In this document: positions 59,132-64,000 of the stretch, one piece after another
Layout: the number at the start of each line of letters is the position of its first letter
Numbering within the stretch: position 1 is the first letter of the stretch
Assembly (NCBI GenBank): GCA_035636315.1
Contig: DASPZJ010000050.1
Span: forward strand, 34,831-98,830
DNA: 64,000 nucleotides
From: Thermoplasmata archaeon
GTDB taxonomy: Archaea > Thermoplasmatota > Thermoplasmata > RBG-16-68-12
Reading direction: 5' to 3'
Program-made: the position numbers and the translations under genes
Notes under the pieces: model-generated
The model's input: the letters and a program-made list of their open reading frames with translations, nothing else
What the model was told of the DNA's origin: nothing
Databases searched by the model: none

Positions 59132-61345
59132 TCAGGAGACTTCGGGCCCGCGCGGGAATGGGGACGGCATTCGGCTGTAGAGCGACGGGTCCCCCGTCTG
59201 CGGCTGCACTCTCTTCAGCGCGGCCTCGAAATGTCGTTTCTCGATCGCGACCTTCTTCAGGCCGGCCTCGTCGAGCTTCGGGAGCTTCAACGCGACGTCG
59301 CGGATGGCCAGCATGGACGCCTCGTTGCAGACCGCCGCGAGCTCCGCCCCGGTGTACTTGTCGGTGCGACGAGCGACGTCGTCGAGGTCGACATCCTTCG
59401 CGAGGGGCTTGTTGTGCGTGTGGATCTCGAGGATCGCCTTGCGGGTGGCGAGGTCCGGTGGCGGCGTGTAGATGTGGCGGTCGAATCGGCCGGGCCGCAA
59501 CAACGCCGGGTCCACGAGGTCCATCCGGTTCGTCGCCGCGATGACGGTCACGTTGTGCAACTCCTCGAGCCCGTCCATCTCCGTGAGGATCTGCGAGATC
59601 ACCCGCTCCGTGACCTGGGAGTCCGCGGACATCCCGCGGACGGGCGTGATCGCGTCGATTTCGTCGAAGAAGATGATGCACGGGGCCGCGGTCTTCGCTT
59701 TGCGGAACGTCTCGCGCACCATGCGCTCGCTCTCCCCGACCCACTTGCTGAGGAATTCGGGCCCGCGGACCGAGATGAAGTTCGCCTCCGACTCGGTGGC
59801 GACGGCCTTCGCGAGGAGCGTCTTTCCCGTGCCGGGCGGACCATAGAGCAGGATGCCGCGCGGCGGCCGGGCGTCGAAGTGGGCGAACAGCTTGTTCATC
59901 GTCAGGGGCCATTCAATCGATTCTCGGAGTTCTTGCTTCGCCTCGTCGAGGCCGCCGATGTCCCCCCATCGGACGTTCGGCTTCTCGATGAGGACCTCGC
60001 GCATCGTCGAGGGCTCCATCTCCCGGTACGCCTGCAGGAAGTCGTCCCGCGTGACAACGAGCCGGTTCAGCACCTCGGGCGGGATGTTGTCCACCTGCAG
60101 GTCGATCTCGGGCAGGATCCGCCGCAGCGATCGCATCGCCGCCTCCTTGCAGAGGGCCGCCAGGTCCGCGCCGACGTAGCCGTGCGTGATCCCGGCGAGT
60201 TCCTTCAGGTCGACGTCTTTGGACAGGGGCATGCCGCGCGTGTGGATTTGGAGGATCTCCAGGCGTCCGTCGCGGTCCGGCACCCCGATCTCGATCTCGC
60301 GGTCGAACCGGCCCGGCCGTCGGAGCGCGGGATCGAGTGCGTTCGGACGGTTCGTCGCGCCGATCACCACGACCTTGCCGCGGGCCTGCAAGCCGTCCAT
60401 CAGCGCGAGCAACTGGGCGACGACCCGTCGCTCGACCTCGCCCGTCACCTCGTCCCGTTTCGGGGCGATCGAGTCGAGCTCGTCGATGAAGATGATGCTC
60501 GGCGCGTTCTCCTCGGCCTGCTTGAACATGTCGCGCAGGTTCTCCTCGCTCTGACCGTAGAACTTCGACATGATCTCGGGCCCGGAGATGGAGTAGAAGT
60601 TCGCGTTCGTCTCCGAGGCGACCGCCTTCGCGAGGAGCGTCTTGCCGGTGCCCGGCGGACCGTGGAGGAGCACCCCCTTCGGGGCCTCGACGCCGAGCCG
60701 CTCGAACAGCTCCGGATGGCGGAGGGGCAGCTCGATCATCTCGCGGACCTTCCGGACCTCGCCGCCGAGCCCGCCGATGTCTTCGTAGTCCACCTTCGGG
60801 ACCTTCGCTTCCTCCTCTTTGATCGGCTTCTCCGCGATCTTGATGTCCGTCCCGTCCTCGACGAGGACGGCGTCCGCCCCCGGCGAGAACGACGTGACGA
60901 CGAAGTCGAACTTGCGGCCCATGATGCTCACGCTGATCACGTCGCCGCGGGTGATCGCGCGCCCCCGCAGGACCTGCGCCATGTACTGCTCTCCGCCCAT
61001 GATCCGGATCGGTTCCGTCGGCGCGAGGCTCAGCTTGTCCGCGGGCCGGGCGAACGCCTTCCGGAGGCCGACTTTGTCGTCCAGGCCGACGCCCGCGTTG
61101 CGACGTTGCATGCCGTCCATGCGGATCACGCCGCGGTTCGCGTCCTCCGGGTAGCCGCGGCGTACGCTCGCCGCGGTCGACTTCGTGCCCTCGATGAGCA
61201 CGATGTCCTCTTCCTTCAGTTCCAAGATCCGCATGACTTCCGGATCGATCCGGACGATCCCGCGACCGGCATCCGCGGCCTTCGCCTCGGCGACCCGAAG
61301 GAACTTCTCACGGCCGCTCGCCATGGTGGGCACCTTTCCTGTCAC
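59132..61345 (-). CDS. cdc48: Cdc48/VCP-like AAA+ ATPase (two AAA domains)
   Basis: N-domain then two GPPGTGKT Walker A motifs ([18 protein letters not shown]; [18 protein letters not shown]), DELD Walker B, second region homology. Alternative start M at 61324. Confidence 0.9.
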   Translation of the reverse strand: MTGKVPTMASGREKFLRVAEAKAADAGRGIVRIDPEVMRILELKEEDIVLIEGTKSTAASVRRGYPEDANRGVIRMDGMQRRNAGVGLDDKVGLRKAFARPADKLSLAPTEPIRIMGGEQYMAQVLRGRAITRGDVISVSIMGRKFDFVVTSFSPGADAVLVEDGTDIKIAEKPIKEEEAKVPKVDYEDIGGLGGEVRKVREMIELPLRHPELFERLGVEAPKGVLLHGPPGTGKTLLAKAVASETNANFYSISGPEIMSKFYGQSEENLRDMFKQAEENAPSIIFIDELDSIAPKRDEVTGEVERRVVAQLLALMDGLQARGKVVVIGATNRPNALDPALRRPGRFDREIEIGVPDRDGRLEILQIHTRGMPLSKDVDLKELAGITHGYVGADLAALCKEAAMRSLRRILPEIDLQVDNIPPEVLNRLVVTRDDFLQAYREMEPSTMREVLIEKPNVRWGDIGGLDEAKQELRESIEWPLTMNKLFAHFDARPPRGILLYGPPGTGKTLLAKAVATESEANFISVRGPEFLSKWVGESERMVRETFRKAKTAAPCIIFFDEIDAITPVRGMSADSQVTERVISQILTEMDGLEELHNVTVIAATNRMDLVDPALLRPGRFDRHIYTPPPDLATRKAILEIHTHNKPLAKDVDLDDVARRTDKYTGAELAAVCNEASMLAIRDVALKLPKLDEAGLKKVAIEKRHFEAALKRVQPQTGDPSLYSRMPSPFPRGPEVS

Positions 61346-61493
61346 GCGACGCCGTGGGATGGGGCGCCGGCGCGGTTTCGCAACGAATCGGGGTTACTTG
61401 AACTCATGGAACGGCCGTCCATCGAGTACTCAAGAAGAAAGGAAAAGGCGGGCGGGTTCATATCGGTCGAGACGGTCAATTATGTGTATACGG

Positions 61494-61505
61494 TTCTATA
61501 TAAAC
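61494..61505. promoter_or_regulatory. strong TATA box (TCTATATAAACA) in an AT-rich island between cdc48 and rpoK
   Basis: Best TATA match in the window. ~150 nt upstream of the cdc48 ATG on the minus strand, ~55 nt downstream of the rpoK stop. Confidence 0.3.
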
Positions 61506-61560
61506 ACATCGGGACTGGCCCGGTTGCGGACTTCGAACGGCCCGATGGGGACGACTGAGC

Positions 61561-61734
61561 TTACATCTCGCGCTTCACGGTAATCGGGATCGCGCCGCTA
61601 TTGAATTCGACCCATGCGATTTCGATCGGGTCCACGACGCCGGTCGGCACATCCACGAGGATCGGCGACCCCATGCTGATTTGCAGCGCCCGCGCTCCGA
61701 TGATCCGGGCCTTCTCAAATCGCGTGTATCGCAT
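61561..61734 (-). CDS. rpoK: DNA-directed RNA polymerase subunit K (Rpb6 homolog)
   Basis: [57 protein letters not shown]. 57 aa. Track ORF extends to 61893 with junk. Confidence 0.8.
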   Translation of the reverse strand: MRYTRFEKARIIGARALQISMGSPILVDVPTGVVDPIEIAWVEFNSGAIPITVKREM

Positions 61735-62048
61735 CGCGGATCCCTGGGCAGGCCGCGGTCGAAGGTATTCACTGTCGGACGGGGACGGCCGTAGGACGCC
61801 GGAATTGGGTGCCTCTACTTCAACCTTGCTTCGGGCCGTCGGGAAGGGCCGATTCTCTTGGGCCGACAGGAACGCGTGGGACGCCGTTGCCAATCGTCAC
61901 CGCCCCGCCGGATTCCAGAGCCTTCGAGATGTTCGTTCCACCCGATTGTAATCGGAGATGAGAATCCCGGGGATTCCCTTATCAACCCCTAGCTCCACGA
62001 CGAATAGAGTTCGGGCTCGCGGCCGCGTTCTCCAGAGGCTTCCCCGTC

Positions 62049-62669
62049 ATGGACCAGCAGGCGTTCCGACAGACGATCGTCCTCCTCTCGGGAGAGCACA
62101 GCCTGTCGATTCTCCGCGGGCTGCGCGACGGCGGCTGGCATCTCTCGAGCGAGGTTGCACGGAGCCTGCACATCCACATCACGACCGCGTCGAAGTTCCT
62201 TCAGCGGTTCGCGGAGCTCGGCCTCGTCGAGCGGCGGCAGCACGATTCCCGGACGTTCGAATATCGCCTCCGGAACGCCCGCCTCCGCCTCGAGCTCGAC
62301 CTCGAGGACGACGCCGGGCCGCTTCGCGAGGTGGTCGACTTCTACGTCGCGTACTTCCACTCCCTGTTCGAACGGATCCGGTTCGTTGGCACGCCGTCGA
62401 TCGAGTCGGAGATGGAGCACCGCCTGACGACGGATCATCAGGAACTGCGCAAGGCCGTCTTCGATCAGATGGTCGTCGGCAGCGATGGGGGCATCGACCG
62501 TCTGCGCGAGCTCGTCGCAGCGGTGCATCGGGATCTCTGGACCGTCTGCGCGCAAGGCCTTGGCGCGAGCGCTGCGAAAGGCGTGTTCCAGGGCGCCCTC
62601 CGAGACGCGATCGGCGCCTACCCCGACCTCGCGGTGCGGTGCGGATTGAGCCGCCCCCTCGAGGGGTGA
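62049..62669 (+). CDS. winged-helix (ArsR-like) transcriptional regulator with C-terminal helical domain
   Basis: IVLLSGEHSLSILRGLRDGGWHLSSEVARSLHIHITTASKFLQRFAELGLVERRQ... Confidence 0.55.
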   Translation: MDQQAFRQTIVLLSGEHSLSILRGLRDGGWHLSSEVARSLHIHITTASKFLQRFAELGLVERRQHDSRTFEYRLRNARLRLELDLEDDAGPLREVVDFYVAYFHSLFERIRFVGTPSIESEMEHRLTTDHQELRKAVFDQMVVGSDGGIDRLRELVAAVHRDLWTVCAQGLGASAAKGVFQGALRDAIGAYPDLAVRCGLSRPLEG

Positions 62670-62712
62670 TCCTACGACGCGGATCGAGACCGGCATTGAG
62701 GGATTCGACGCA

Positions 62713-64000
62713 ATGGTTCAAGGCGGACTGCCCGAAGGCTCGAGCGTCCTGCTGCAGGGCCCTCCGGGCCAGGAGAAGTTGCGGTTCGCGCTCACGTTCC
62801 TCGCGGAAGGCCTGAAGGCAGGCGGCAGCGGGCTCGTCCTGATTTCGTCGCAATCGCCCGAAGCGGTCCTCGCGGAACTGCGGGAGTTCGGTGTGAATCT
62901 CGACGCGGTCACGAAGGAGAATCGCATCCGGGTCGTCGACTGGTACTCCTGGAGCGAGGAGCCGGTCGAGGACGTCGAGGAACGCGGGGCGGTCGTGCGC
63001 TCCTCGATCGACCTGACGAACCTCGGCGTGGCGCTGAGCCGCGCGATCGCGGGCCTCGTCGGCGAGTTGCCGCGACGCGCCGTGATCGAGATCCTATCGC
63101 CCGCGACGAACGTCTACGAGGTCACCCAGGTCTACGCGTTCGCGCAGAGCGCGAAGAGGAAGTTCGACCGTTCGCGGTTCACGAGCCTCGTCCTCCTCGA
63201 GAAAGACATGCACTCCGCGTCCGAGCTGACGACGCTCCATCAGCCCTTCGACGGCGTGATCGAGATCGAGCGATCGCGGAGCGGAGATCGGATCGTCCGG
63301 AAGATCGGCGTGCTCCACATGAAAGACACGGCCCCGGACGCCTCGTTCCGGATCCTCGATGTGACGGAGACCGGCATGAGGGTCGTGCGGGATACGTCGA
63401 AGCCCCCGGTCCCGCTGCCGGCCCATGGCGGCGGAGTCCTCGAGTCACAGGACGAACGGGCCCGCCGGCTCCATCTCATCATGCAGATCGCGAGCGAGCG
63501 CCTGAAGCTCAACCCGCGCGATCCGGACGCCCTCTTCGCCCTCGCCGCCGCCCAGGCGACCCTGGACGATGCCGCGGGGGGCGTGCAAACCCTCGACCGC
63601 CTCGCGGGCCTCGATCCAAACTACCCGGGGCTCTGGGTCCTCAAGACGAAGCTCCATGCTCGCCTCGGTCAGACGGATCTCGCAAAGGAGAGTCGGGTGC
63701 GGGCCGCGAAGGAAGAAACGGAAACGGACCTCCCCGCCGGTCCGACGGTCCCATGTCCGATGTGCGAGGCGCCCGTGGCGCCTGGCGCGACGACGTGCGG
63801 GAACTGCGGCATCCGATTCGCCCCCGCCCGGACCCTCGAGGACGAGCTCGACGACCTCGGCCACGCCGCGATCCAGGAGATGGTCCAAGAGGAACTTGCC
63901 ACCCCGCCGAAGGCCCCCGCCAAACCGGGACCGAAGGCGGAGCCGCGGCCTTCCGAAACCCCCTCGACGAAGAAGGGGATGACGAACGGGCTCGCCCTCG
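62713..64000 (+). CDS. KaiC-like (degenerate Walker A) domain fused to TPR + double Zn-ribbon + TNG repeat; runs off window end (partial)
   Basis: Frame open from 62650 to 64000. Conserved KaiC N-motif IETGIEGFDAMVQGGLPEGSSVLLQGPPGQEKLRF begins before the first ATG (62713). Later come TPR-like LNPRDPDALFALAAAQATLDDAAGGVQTLDRLAGLDPNYPGLWVLKTKLHARLG, CPMCEAPVAPGATTCGNCGIRF and terminal ...KKGMTNGLAL. Not in the ORF track (no in-window stop). Confidence 0.6.
   Translation, partial: MVQGGLPEGSSVLLQGPPGQEKLRFALTFLAEGLKAGGSGLVLISSQSPEAVLAELREFGVNLDAVTKENRIRVVDWYSWSEEPVEDVEERGAVVRSSIDLTNLGVALSRAIAGLVGELPRRAVIEILSPATNVYEVTQVYAFAQSAKRKFDRSRFTSLVLLEKDMHSASELTTLHQPFDGVIEIERSRSGDRIVRKIGVLHMKDTAPDASFRILDVTETGMRVVRDTSKPPVPLPAHGGGVLESQDERARRLHLIMQIASERLKLNPRDPDALFALAAAQATLDDAAGGVQTLDRLAGLDPNYPGLWVLKTKLHARLGQTDLAKESRVRAAKEETETDLPAGPTVPCPMCEAPVAPGATTCGNCGIRFAPARTLEDELDDLGHAAIQEMVQEELATPPKAPAKPGPKAEPRPSETPSTKKGMTNGLAL

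Noticed and set aside
59048-61558. 836-aa plus-strand ORF opposite cdc48
   Set aside because: Antisense to a gene with two canonical AAA+ domains. Translation dominated by R/D/L/V low complexity.
61735-61893. N-terminal 53-aa extension of RpoK suggested by the track ORF (61561..61893)
   Set aside because: Extension is Pro/Ser/Arg-rich and unlike any RpoK. Canonical Rpb6 homology begins exactly at the internal Met (61734).

Overview
High-GC (~65-70%) archaeal chromosomal window: Euryarchaeota-like gene content (PolD large subunit, unsplit RpoB, RpoA'/A'', L30e, NusA, aEF-1beta, L1-P0-L12, RpoK, Cdc48, KsgA). Core information-processing genes are interleaved with accessory cargo. Five genes I can support are absent from or mis-framed in the supplied ORF track: tRNA-Thr(UGU), a 5S rRNA on the minus strand, a COG2888-type Zn-ribbon gene upstream of EF-1beta, an N-terminally truncated TrmB regulator at the window start, and a KaiC-like fusion gene running off the window end. 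Accessory regions: (i) a cell-envelope glycosylation island (three tandem GT4 paralogs, a SAM methyltransferase, a GT-C-type membrane glycosyltransferase); (ii) two loci that combine a KaiC-like ATPase, a winged-helix regulator and very large membrane proteins. These proteins carry cytoplasmic HhH/Zn-ribbon/TPR modules, a peculiar juxtamembrane x-T/V-N-G repeat, and huge extracellular domains ending in a PEF-CTERM-like sorting signal. The module occurs at 19083-25278, in split form at 26130-29523, and as a fusion at 62049->64000. I consider this the best candidate for an undescribed sensory/surface system. A prepilin peptidase and a Ras-like small GTPase lie next to these loci; (iii) a family of Pro/Glu-rich, membrane-anchored proteins with multiple zinc ribbons, one carrying a SAP-like motif; (iv) a 40-aa peptide with 12 Cys encoded by a GCA/TGC trinucleotide repeat, divergent from a TrmB regulator; (v) a 17-bp perfect palindrome present twice, bracketing a small Arg-rich gene next to a radical-SAM gene; (vi) a tRNA-like structured element with duplicated segments upstream of rpoH. 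The canonical NusA-S12-S7-EF2 continuation of the RNAP operon is replaced by an MFS transporter and an SNF2 helicase. No CRISPR array, transposase or integrase was found. Many long antisense ORFs in the track are high-GC artefacts.
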